In this document: positions 8,762 through 16,564 of the stretch, piece after piece
How the letters are laid out: each line of letters begins with the position of its first letter
How positions within the stretch are numbered: position 1 is the stretch's first letter
Source of the DNA: Trueperaceae bacterium
GTDB lineage: Bacteria; Deinococcota; Deinococci; Deinococcales; Trueperaceae
Direction of reading: 5' to 3'
DNA: 18,588 nt
Assembly: GCA_040905465.1 (NCBI GenBank)
Contig: JBBDRK010000070.1
Location: 1 to 18,588 of the forward strand
Made by a program: the position numbers and the translations under genes
Notes under the pieces: generated by a model
What the model saw: the letters and a program-made list of their open reading frames with translations, nothing else
What the model was told of the DNA's origin: nothing
Databases searched by the model: none

Positions 8762-9969
8762 CCGCTGCTACTGACTGGCGCCATGGTCAGAGTCGGTACC
8801 GCCGGTACCGAGGTGATCAGGCCGCTGCCGTGGGTGAGCCGGTGGAGCTCTTCGATGCCGTAAGCGAGGGCTCCTTCGATCCCGGCGCGCCTTCCCAGGC
8901 TGCTCGCTTCGACGACGGGGGGTCGGCGCATGCACTCCTCCAGCTTCCTCCTGATGCGCTCGAGCAGCTCGGGTCTGCCGCCGATGCTGCCGCCGAAGAT
9001 CACCTTCTCGGGGTCGATCAGGGCGGCGGTAGCGGCTACCCCCAGAGCCAAGCGGGAGCCGATCTCGTCGAGCACCAGGGCGGCTCTCCTCTCTCCGTCC
9101 TCTGCCCGCTGGAACAGCTCCCGGACCGTCTCGCACTCGCCACCCTCGTCCCGGTAGAGGCGGAGTATGGCCTTGCTGCCGACGGCCGACTCGAAAGCGC
9201 CGACCGATCTCGCCTGTTCGGTGAAAGGATCGGTGCAGAGCGGCAGGTAGCCTATCTCTCCGGCCGTGCCGCTCGCGCCGCGGAGCAGCTTGCCGTCCAG
9301 CATTATCCCCTGGCCGATTCCAGTGCCCAGGGCGATGAAGACGAGGTCGTCGACCCCCTGCCCTGCGCCGCGCCACCTCTCGCCGATGACCGCGAGGTTC
9401 ACGTCGTTCTCGACGATGACCGCGATGCCCAGGACATGGCGCAGCTCGTCCTCTACGCGTAGTCGATCGAAGCCGGGTATGTTGGGTGCGAACTCGATAA
9501 AGCCGCTGACAGGATCTACGACACCTGGCGTGCCTACCACGGCCAGACGTACCTTCTCCCAGCCGGCAGCCGGCCGTTCCGCCAACCTCCTGCATATCTC
9601 CGCAATCTGGGCGATTATCTGCGGGCCGCCCCGAGGGCTGGTGGGTACGGTCTCCTGCGCGACCAGATCGCCCGTCATGTCGGCGAGGGCCACGGTCAGG
9701 CTGGTTCCACCCAGGTCGACTCCGACGATGTAGGCGGAGTCGGGGACGATCTGGTAGAGGACGGCGGAGCGGCCGACCTTCCCCTTCGACAGGCCGGTCT
9801 CCTCGATCCAACCGGTCTCCTCAAGCAGCCTGACGATCTCGGACGACGTCTGCTTGGACAGGCCGGTCTCGCGCGAGATTCCGGCTCGAGAGATCGGTCC
9901 CTTCTCGAGGATCGCCGTCATCACTGCGTGAGTAGAAACCTGCCTTGAGATCGAGTTGCGCCGCTGCAA
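8758..9969 (-). CDS. ROK family transcriptional repressor (HTH + sugar-kinase-like domain)
   Basis: N-terminal HTH (GPISRAGISRETGLSKQT), VGVDLGGT, VENDVN, GTGIGQGI, AGEIGY. TTG start with GGAGG 6 nt upstream. Confidence 0.95.
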   Translation of the reverse strand: MQRRNSISRQVSTHAVMTAILEKGPISRAGISRETGLSKQTSSEIVRLLEETGWIEETGLSKGKVGRSAVLYQIVPDSAYIVGVDLGGTSLTVALADMTGDLVAQETVPTSPRGGPQIIAQIAEICRRLAERPAAGWEKVRLAVVGTPGVVDPVSGFIEFAPNIPGFDRLRVEDELRHVLGIAVIVENDVNLAVIGERWRGAGQGVDDLVFIALGTGIGQGIMLDGKLLRGASGTAGEIGYLPLCTDPFTEQARSVGAFESAVGSKAILRLYRDEGGECETVRELFQRAEDGERRAALVLDEIGSRLALGVAATAALIDPEKVIFGGSIGGRPELLERIRRKLEECMRRPPVVEASSLGRRAGIEGALAYGIEELHRLTHGSGLITSVPAVPTLTMAPVSSSG

Positions 9970-9988
9970 GCGGAGCCTCCAATGCGAA

Positions 9989-10013
9989 TTAGTTCGGTTG
10001 TAGAACGAACTTT
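9989..10013. promoter_or_regulatory. Putative ROK operator (XylR-like palindrome)
   Basis: TTAGTTCGGTTGTAGAACGAACTTT contains AGTTCG-N9-CGAACT. It overlaps the -10 box and predicted start site of the ROK operon. Confidence 0.7.
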
Positions 10014-10037
10014 AGCGCTGAGGCTCTCGGATGTCAA
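10009..10037 (-). promoter_or_regulatory. Sigma70-type promoter of the ROK operon
   Basis: Minus strand TTGACA (10037-10032), 17 nt, TAAAGT (10014-10009); about 40 nt upstream of the ROK start. Confidence 0.75.
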
Positions 10038-10164
10038 CTGCTGCTTTGGCTGGATCTGGAGTCCGTCGTTAGCTGCCAGGATTCGAAAGGCGCCCCAGCC
10101 TTCGGATGGTTTCGCCGTAGAGTTCGTAAGGCCGCAACCGACACCGGACGCCATAGACTGGATC

Positions 10165-11157
10165 ATGAAATCGCCGATCCCGCGCCAGGCAGTGCTCTCT
10201 CTGACGCTCCTCCTGCTGGTGTCGGCAGCGCTGGCTCAGCCGAGACAGCCGAGCGATGGAGCCCTCTACCTAAGAACCAGTGAGCGCGGTCGTGCCCTGC
10301 TGGCTTCTCTACACCTCTATCCACCGGATGGCGCCGAACTGCGGCTGCTCGAGGCGCCCGCCAGGCCCAATGGAGAGGCGAGCGAAGAGTCGAGCGTAGA
10401 GTTGACCCTCACCGCCCCGTACCTCGAGCACGAGACGCAGATCGAGGTCAGCGCTGAAACTTGGACGTTCATCGCCGGCAACTTGCGCGACGGGACCCTC
10501 GATCCGCACGGAGAGGCTGTGCTTCACCTTTACGATCTCGAACCGCTCGAGTTCGAGGCAATAGGCACCGTGATACTTGGCGGTTTGCGCTTCGCCGACG
10601 GTTCCTTCGCGGTGCAGCGCTGGGCGCCGTTCTTCTACTCGGATCCCTGGGCCGGGGCGCTCTTCGATGTGTCGGTCGATGAGTTTGCCCGCGCAGGGCT
10701 GGAGCAACGTAGGGAGTTGCCCGAGAGCCCGGTAGGCACCTTCACAGAGTCTCAGACAGTGTTCGTTACGGCGTTCGACTGGGATCTGCTCAGCTACTAC
10801 ACCCTGATCGATACATACACGGGCGGTGCTCATCCCAACAGTTGGCGGGAGGCCACGACCTTAATGACTGATGGAACCGGTAGCTGGGCGGAGGTCGGCG
10901 ATGTCTGTGCGGCGGTCCTACGCATCGGCTGGGAGTGCGAAGAGTCGTCCTTGAGATTGGACGTTGTCGACGAGTTGCGGCTGCAGGAGGCGGTCTGGGT
11001 GGAGCAGGGCGAGGTGACCCACCAGACGGAGTGGCTGCTGGATACGTTCGTCCTCACTCCCGGAGGGGTGCGCTTCCTGTTCGATCCGTACGACGTGGGG
11101 CCGTACGCGCAGGGGCCGTTCGAGGTGGACATACCCTATGGGGAGCTGGGTGAGTGA
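10165..11157 (+). CDS. Exported protein with C-terminal DUF3298/RsiV-like domain (~330 aa)
   Basis: ATG 10165 gives signal peptide MKSPIPRQAVLSLTLLLLVSAALA-Q. YTGGAHPN and FVLTPGGVRFLFDPYDVGPYAQGPFEVDIPY are typical of DUF4163/DUF3298. The track start 9982 lies in the ROK promoter region. Confidence 0.8.
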   Translation: MKSPIPRQAVLSLTLLLLVSAALAQPRQPSDGALYLRTSERGRALLASLHLYPPDGAELRLLEAPARPNGEASEESSVELTLTAPYLEHETQIEVSAETWTFIAGNLRDGTLDPHGEAVLHLYDLEPLEFEAIGTVILGGLRFADGSFAVQRWAPFFYSDPWAGALFDVSVDEFARAGLEQRRELPESPVGTFTESQTVFVTAFDWDLLSYYTLIDTYTGGAHPNSWREATTLMTDGTGSWAEVGDVCAAVLRIGWECEESSLRLDVVDELRLQEAVWVEQGEVTHQTEWLLDTFVLTPGGVRFLFDPYDVGPYAQGPFEVDIPYGELGE

Positions 11158-11202
11158 GCCGACGCCGGGAACCGAAGGCTTCCGTTAGCCGGCCGACAGC
11201 AA

Positions 11203-11397
11203 CTACTCACTTTTCGGATCGTCGCCTTCGCTCGTGTCGCTCACCGATTCCGGCTGGCGCTTTCGGCCGGAGGCGCTGAAGGCGGCTCCGAGAGCCACGC
11301 CTATCGCCACGCCGGCGCCGACGTTGTCCATGGCCACGCCGATCGCTATGCCCACGCTCAGGCCTACCGGCAGCCCCAGCATTTTCTGTCGCGTCAT
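11203..11397 (-). CDS. Small glycine-zipper membrane protein (64 aa)
   Basis: Repeated GxxxG (GLPVGLSVGIAIGVAMDNVGAGVAIGVALG) forming a helical hairpin, then a charged tail; starts 8 nt after the upstream stop. Confidence 0.75.
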   Translation of the reverse strand: MTRQKMLGLPVGLSVGIAIGVAMDNVGAGVAIGVALGAAFSASGRKRQPESVSDTSEGDDPKSE

Positions 11398-11405
11398 GCC
11401 GCAGC

Positions 11406-12104
11406 CTACTGTAGAGACGAGTCTGCCGACGCGTACTGGAGTGCGGAGGGCGTTTGGCGACCGACGATCGCCGGAGCCTCATGGATCAACGCGTCGTTCG
11501 TCAGGACCTCGACCATAAACAAGGCAAAGTCGACGCGACGAGTGATGTTGCTCGCCAAAACGGGGTCGCCTACGTGGCGGCTCCAGACGGGCAGACCCTG
11601 GCTGTCGCCCTCTTCGAGATCGCTTCCGCGCACGACCGTCCAGCGAGCGTCGCTCGCGAACACCCGCCGGCATGCCTCCACCTGATCGTCGATTTGCATG
11701 ATGCCGAGCATGCGCGCAAGCCACGTAACGAGCGCAGCGAACCGCTTGAAGCCTCGTGTGTAAATGTCCTGACCGTCGCGGGTGATGTGCCACCCGCAAG
11801 AGAAAACCAGGCGCGCGCCCGGAGGCGAATAGTCGAGCACCGCCTGGGCCGTCCCCGACGCGTATTGCTGCATTCCCCACGGGACCAGCACGGTGAGCAC
11901 GCCGTCGCAGCTCACTACCGCTCTTTTGATGACTGCGCGGTCGTTTGTGGCGCCGGGAACGACGGTGATGCGCTCCTTGAACCGCTCGAGCCTTTTGACG
12001 CTCTTCTCGCGGCACACCCCTACGACCTCGTACCCACGATCCAGGGCGTGCTGCACCATGTACTGCCCCAGCTTGCCCGAAGCGCCGACGATGCATACTC
12101 TCAT
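11406..12104 (-). CDS. NAD(P)-binding oxidoreductase (atypical SDR, flavin/biliverdin reductase B-like)
   Basis: N-terminal Rossmann motif VCIVGASGKLG, ALDRGYEV, WTVVR, ITRRVDFALFM. Confidence 0.85.
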   Translation of the reverse strand: MRVCIVGASGKLGQYMVQHALDRGYEVVGVCREKSVKRLERFKERITVVPGATNDRAVIKRAVVSCDGVLTVLVPWGMQQYASGTAQAVLDYSPPGARLVFSCGWHITRDGQDIYTRGFKRFAALVTWLARMLGIMQIDDQVEACRRVFASDARWTVVRGSDLEEGDSQGLPVWSRHVGDPVLASNITRRVDFALFMVEVLTNDALIHEAPAIVGRQTPSALQYASADSSLQ

Positions 12105-12463
12105 CGCGGTCGTCCCTCGCGTGGCGATCCGGTCAAGCCTGGCGATATGCCGTGTTTCAGGGCGTTGGGTTTCATACGGGGCTCTCCATATCTGGGAGGA
12201 CGCTCGACTTTATACTCTCTGCCGATCTGACGACGTTACGGGCCAAGTCGGCGATGCCCGTGAGGCGGCGGCGGCTGGCTGTCTTGCCGCGGCGTCTTGG
12301 AGTATGCCGGGGCTAACGCTCACCCAATTTCCTCCGCCTACTAACGGCCGGACTTCCATGTCCAAGGCAGACTATTCGGCTTGTGCCGGATCTCATATCC
12401 ACAAGTATGGTGGGTAACGATACTTAAGGACCATTATCGGCGGCGGAGTCCTGGAGGTCGAAG

Positions 12464-12868
12464 ATGCAAGCGAGCGGACTGCGGTCAGTCGCAACACCAG
12501 CGAAGAGGCTGGGCGGATACGTGCTTGACGTACTCTATTCAACTCTAGCCATGGGTGTGCTTTCGGCTCTGGTGCCGGCCGAGGGCGATGGCGGTGGCCA
12601 AATTTTTCTCCTGTTCTTAGGCTACGTAATCGTTGGAGTCTACTTCTGGTCCAAGGGCACGAGCCCGGGAAAGATGACTCTCGGTATGTACGTGTACAAC
12701 CGGGCTACGAGTGAGCGACTCGGCTTCTGGAGCATGCTTCTGCGCGAAACCATCGGGAAATGGTTGAGCGGTTTTGTTCTTGCGCTCGGTTACCTCTGGA
12801 TTCTCTTCGACGACGACAATCAAGGCTGGCACGACAAGCTGGTGAACTCCGTCGTGCTCGAGGGGTAG
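12464..12868 (+). CDS. RDD family membrane protein
   Basis: KRLGGYVLD, GTSPGKMTLGM, LLRE, QGWHDKLVNSVV; GGAGG SD upstream. Confidence 0.9.
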   Translation: MQASGLRSVATPAKRLGGYVLDVLYSTLAMGVLSALVPAEGDGGGQIFLLFLGYVIVGVYFWSKGTSPGKMTLGMYVYNRATSERLGFWSMLLRETIGKWLSGFVLALGYLWILFDDDNQGWHDKLVNSVVLEG

Positions 12869-13201
12869 TAGGCCCGGATCCGCCGCTGGCTGGGCACGTT
12901 CAGCTCCCGGACCTTCCCCCGGTCTGGTTACCAGTCGCCGGCGCCGTCGACGAACGTCTACCTCAGGTCGGCGTGTCGACCCTGGCCATCATCTTCATCC
13001 CGTTCGACTTGGCCGGTCGACCGGGTGTATGTTAATCTCAACAGCTGCACCCGAAAAGCCAATTGTGCCCCCATTCCAGTGATCACGGGAACACGTGGCG
13101 GAGAAACCGCGACCCAGCCGCGACACGCGTCACAAGTTCGTCTCGTGCCACCGTCAGTCGTTCGCTCTCTGAAAGTGGCAGTCGTTACGAGAGGAGACTG
13201 G

Positions 13202-15625
13202 ATGAGCACCTTCGGAATCAGTAACGCGTCGAGATGGTCGTGGAGGCCGAGCGGCAAGCGAGTTCTCTTCGCTTTGTCGCTATCCCTGTTCCTGGTCGCC
13301 TGTGCGCAGGAGGGTGCTTCGGGAAGCGACAGCGACAGCGCGGTCGACGCCGACCACCCGCGGCTCTGGGTCACCGCCGCCGACGTACCCAGGCTGCGGG
13401 CTTGGGCGACTAGCAACAATCCGATCTACCAGCAGGGGCTCAAGCCGTTGGCGGAGGAGGCCAAGGAGGCGATGGACGCCGAACTGGTGCCCGGCGAGGA
13501 TCATGGCGGTAACACCTGGGTGGAGTACCCCAGCGAGATGTACGCCGAACTGTTCGCGTTCATGTCGCTGATAGAGGCCGATCCGGACGATCGGCAGGAT
13601 TATGCGGAACGTGCTCGCACCCTCCTCATGTACGTTATCGACGAGGCGGCCAAGGGTCAGGCGGCGGACCAGCCTTTCAGGGACCCCGAGTTCGCCACCA
13701 GCGACAGGTCGCGCTGGTGGGGCGAGTCCTTCGCGCTCACCACCGACTGGATCTACCCGCACCTGAGCACGGGCGACAAGGCGACCATCCGGCAGGTCTT
13801 CCTCAGATGGGCCGATGAGAACGAGCGTGCCGAGATAACGGCATTCAATCATCCGGAGCCGAGTGGCGTGCTGAACGATCCCGTGCTGGTGGAGGATCCC
13901 ATCGCCGTCCGCTGGGCGGCCAACAACTACTACACCGCCCACATGCGGAGCATCGGCCTGATGGCGATGGCGCTCGATCCGGAGGACGATCCGGGCGGCG
14001 AGTTGCGCTCTCACCTGGCGAGCGCCACCGGTGCCTGGCTGTACGTGATCGATCACCTGTTGCGCAACGACGGCAGCGGCGGGCTCGGCGCCGAGGGGTT
14101 CGAATACAGCCCGCAGTCGCTGGGCTACGTGGCGCAGTTCATGCTGGCGTTGCAGAGTGCCGGGGAGGATGCCAACGCAACCGAATGGGGACCGCAGGTG
14201 GTGCTCGCGGACAACCCCTTCTGGGGGCAGGCGGTACCTGCTTACCTGCACTCGCTGAGCCCGGAGCCCACCGTCTTTCCGGAGATCGATTGGCGGGGAG
14301 AGGTGTATCAGCCTGCCTGGTATGGCGAGGGGCAGGATTACCTGGCCGCCGACTTCATGGAGTTGTTCGGCCCGTTGGGCCTGTACCGGATGGCCGAGGG
14401 CGACCAGGATGGCCTGGAGGCGATCCGCTGGCTGCAGACGCACGTTCCGCCGGGGGGCGAGGGTACGTTGGTCGAGCGGGTGGAAGACGCTGAAACCTTC
14501 CGCGACGCCATCCTCTACTTCATGCTCTTCGACACGTCGGAGGCGGCGCCGTCAGATCCACGGCCGGCACTGGATACCACCCACTACGCAGAGGGAATCG
14601 GAAGGTTGCTCGCTCGCACCGATTGGAGCGAAGAGGCCAGTTGGTTCACCTACTCGCTGGGCTGGACCACCATCGATCACCGGCACGGCGACGGAAACAC
14701 GTTCGAGTTCTACCGGAATGGCGAGTGGCTGACCAAGGAGCGCACCGGTTACGGGCCCAATATCAGCGCGTCCGATTACCACAACACCATCGCTCTGGAG
14801 AACGATGCCCCGGATCACAACTCGCCGTCGGACTACCGGCACAGTCTGTGGCAGCGTGGATCGCAGTGGGTCTACGTAGCGAGCGGTGACGGGCGAGTCG
14901 TGGACATGAGCCTGGCGGACGACTTCGTCTACGCGCTGGGGGACGCCACCGATCTCTACAACTCCGAGTACGAGTTGTCCACCGACATCCTCCACGCCAG
15001 CAGGTCGATAATCTGGCTGAAGCCCGACCGGATCGTGGTGTTCGATCGTGCGCGGTCCCGGACGGCTGAGCGGTTCAAGCGCTTTTGGCTGAACCTTCCC
15101 ACCGATCCGGTGATCGACGGCAAGCTGTCGGTGGCGACTACCGAGCAGGGTCAACAGCTCTTCGTCACCACGCTGCTGCCTGCCGACGCAGTGGTCACGG
15201 GCGAGCCGGCGGAGGCGCTGGAGGAGGACGGCGAGCCCGCGAACAACGAGCCGATGAACTACCGACTGCGGGTGGAAGCGCCCGGTGGACCGCAGGAGGC
15301 GAACTTCCTGCATGTTCTTCAGGGAGCCGATGCGGGAGCGGTGGCCGACGCAGTCGAACTGGTGCAGAGCGAGTCCGGAACCAGCTTCACAGGTGCCGTG
15401 TTCGGCGAGACCGTCGTGCTGTTCCCGGTCGACCTGGACGAGTCCTTCGACCGGCTCAGCTACCTGGTCCCGGCGGGCACGGTGCGGCATCTGATTACCG
15501 GGCTCACTCCCGGCGCTGCCTTCGAGGTCAGCAGCGAGGCGACCGCGCAGGGCCTGCGGGTGATCGTGCAGCCCGGGGCTGGGTCGAGTGCGGATGACGG
15601 TGGGGTGTTGGACCTGGGGTTCTGA
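13202..15625 (+). CDS. Lipoprotein with heparinase II/III-like polysaccharide lyase architecture (~807 aa)
   Basis: ATG 13202 after GAGGAG; lipobox LVA-C; HPRLW; helical region with NNYY and EGFEY; beta region ARTDW, DHRHGDGNTF, WLTKERTGY, YHNTI; C-terminal FLHVLQ and LITGLTPG. Confidence 0.7.
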   Translation: MSTFGISNASRWSWRPSGKRVLFALSLSLFLVACAQEGASGSDSDSAVDADHPRLWVTAADVPRLRAWATSNNPIYQQGLKPLAEEAKEAMDAELVPGEDHGGNTWVEYPSEMYAELFAFMSLIEADPDDRQDYAERARTLLMYVIDEAAKGQAADQPFRDPEFATSDRSRWWGESFALTTDWIYPHLSTGDKATIRQVFLRWADENERAEITAFNHPEPSGVLNDPVLVEDPIAVRWAANNYYTAHMRSIGLMAMALDPEDDPGGELRSHLASATGAWLYVIDHLLRNDGSGGLGAEGFEYSPQSLGYVAQFMLALQSAGEDANATEWGPQVVLADNPFWGQAVPAYLHSLSPEPTVFPEIDWRGEVYQPAWYGEGQDYLAADFMELFGPLGLYRMAEGDQDGLEAIRWLQTHVPPGGEGTLVERVEDAETFRDAILYFMLFDTSEAAPSDPRPALDTTHYAEGIGRLLARTDWSEEASWFTYSLGWTTIDHRHGDGNTFEFYRNGEWLTKERTGYGPNISASDYHNTIALENDAPDHNSPSDYRHSLWQRGSQWVYVASGDGRVVDMSLADDFVYALGDATDLYNSEYELSTDILHASRSIIWLKPDRIVVFDRARSRTAERFKRFWLNLPTDPVIDGKLSVATTEQGQQLFVTTLLPADAVVTGEPAEALEEDGEPANNEPMNYRLRVEAPGGPQEANFLHVLQGADAGAVADAVELVQSESGTSFTGAVFGETVVLFPVDLDESFDRLSYLVPAGTVRHLITGLTPGAAFEVSSEATAQGLRVIVQPGAGSSADDGGVLDLGF

Positions 15626-15639
15626 GTCCGGTCAAATGC

Positions 15640-15756
15640 ACTTGTGAGGTGTGGCAGAGACTCACTGGTGCAGCGATGCATAGATGCGGTAACGAAGTGG
15701 TGCACCCGGAGGGGTGCACCCAACGGCAGTGAGGATTCATCTGCAAATCCGCAAGT
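15640..15756 (+). ncRNA. Candidate structured RNA or inverted-repeat element between convergent genes
   Basis: Nested pairings ACTTGTG/CGCAAGT, GCAGA/TCTGC, CTCACTG/CAGTGAG enclose GTGCA-GCGA-TGCAT and GGTGCACCC-GGAG-GGGTGCACC. Folded by eye only. Confidence 0.35.
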
Positions 15757-15761
15757 AAGAT

Positions 15762-16340
15762 TCAACCCAGAATTTCGTCGATCTTGAGCCGCAGGTGTGT
15801 AACCGAAGCGGACTCGACTCCCTCTCCAGGATGCATTTCCTCGACGAGTTCATAGCCTTGGGCAGAGGGGGTCGAGTGAACAGACACCAACTGCGCCTTC
15901 AGATCTACCAGCCAGGCCTCGGGAACTCCTGCCCGGGCGTAGAGGGGAAGCTTTATCTCGCGGTCGTAGGTTAATGAGCTTTCGGCTACCTCGATGACTA
16001 GCAGGGTATCTTTGGCTGACGGGTGGGCGCCTGAGTAGAAATCAGCCCTCGAGCGAACGGTTGCTACGTCTGGCTCGAACTCCGTCATCTCGCTCAATAT
16101 CAGTGGCTCCTGAACACGTACCAAGAACGACTCTTCGACTCGGCTGACGAGTAGCTGAGTCAGTCGTGTAACGCAGGCGGAGTGCCGGCTGCCCTTCGGA
16201 GCCATGGTAACGACCTCGCCCTCTACCAACTCGACACGTTCGTCGTCGAAGATATTGCTGGTGCCCATCCTGTGGTACTCCTCGACTGTGAAGGTTCGCT
16301 TGATGAGGTCAATTGACACGACTGCAGCCTCCTCTGACAC
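15762..16340 (-). CDS. Uma2 family (DUF820) putative restriction endonuclease-like protein
   Basis: FTVEEYHRM, ERVELVEGEVVTMAP-x3-RH, EPDV, LLVIEVAESSLTYDREIKLPLYARAGVPEAWLVDL. Start is more likely GTG 16340 (6 nt after TATACT) or GTG 16319 (after GGAGG) than 16454. Confidence 0.92.
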   Translation of the reverse strand: MSEEAAVVSIDLIKRTFTVEEYHRMGTSNIFDDERVELVEGEVVTMAPKGSRHSACVTRLTQLLVSRVEESFLVRVQEPLILSEMTEFEPDVATVRSRADFYSGAHPSAKDTLLVIEVAESSLTYDREIKLPLYARAGVPEAWLVDLKAQLVSVHSTPSAQGYELVEEMHPGEGVESASVTHLRLKIDEILG

Positions 16341-16564
16341 GCCAAAAGTATAGCGGGGACCAGCATGGATGTATGTGGACGAACGGGCAAACCTATTTCC
16401 ACGGTCGAGGAGAGAAAACTCTCCGCCTCGATATATTGCCCGTACTCCCCCCACTGCAACGTGCGTGAGTACTACTTCTCGGGGCAGGACGCCGCTATCT
16501 CATGCTGACGCGTGGCATAATCGAATCCCGTCCCGGGGAAGCTGGCATTTGAGAGGAGAGGGTT

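Noticed and set aside
497-9811. Long antisense or alternate-frame ORFs such as 497..1387, 4009..5412, 6398..7609 and 8768..9811
   Set aside because: They overlap well-supported genes, lack motifs, and are expected in GC-rich DNA with few stop codons.
9982-10164. N-terminal extension of the DUF3298 ORF
   Set aside because: Runs through the ROK promoter and operator; the signal peptide begins at ATG 10165.
13080-13200. Cobalamin riboswitch (GGGAA, GCCAC and GGAGAC words present)
   Set aside because: Spacing and core elements (GGTG...AAnTCC, GCnACTGT, B12 box) do not match, and the downstream gene is unrelated to B12.
13025-13201. N-terminal extension of the lyase ORF
   Set aside because: SD and lipoprotein signal fit ATG 13202.
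15699-15720. Simple intrinsic terminator or CRISPR repeat
   Set aside because: No U-tract on either strand and only one copy; treated as part of the larger element.
15762-16454. Uma2 as part of a restriction-modification or defence island
   Set aside because: No methylase, other defence gene or mobility gene nearby; solitary Uma2 paralogues are common.
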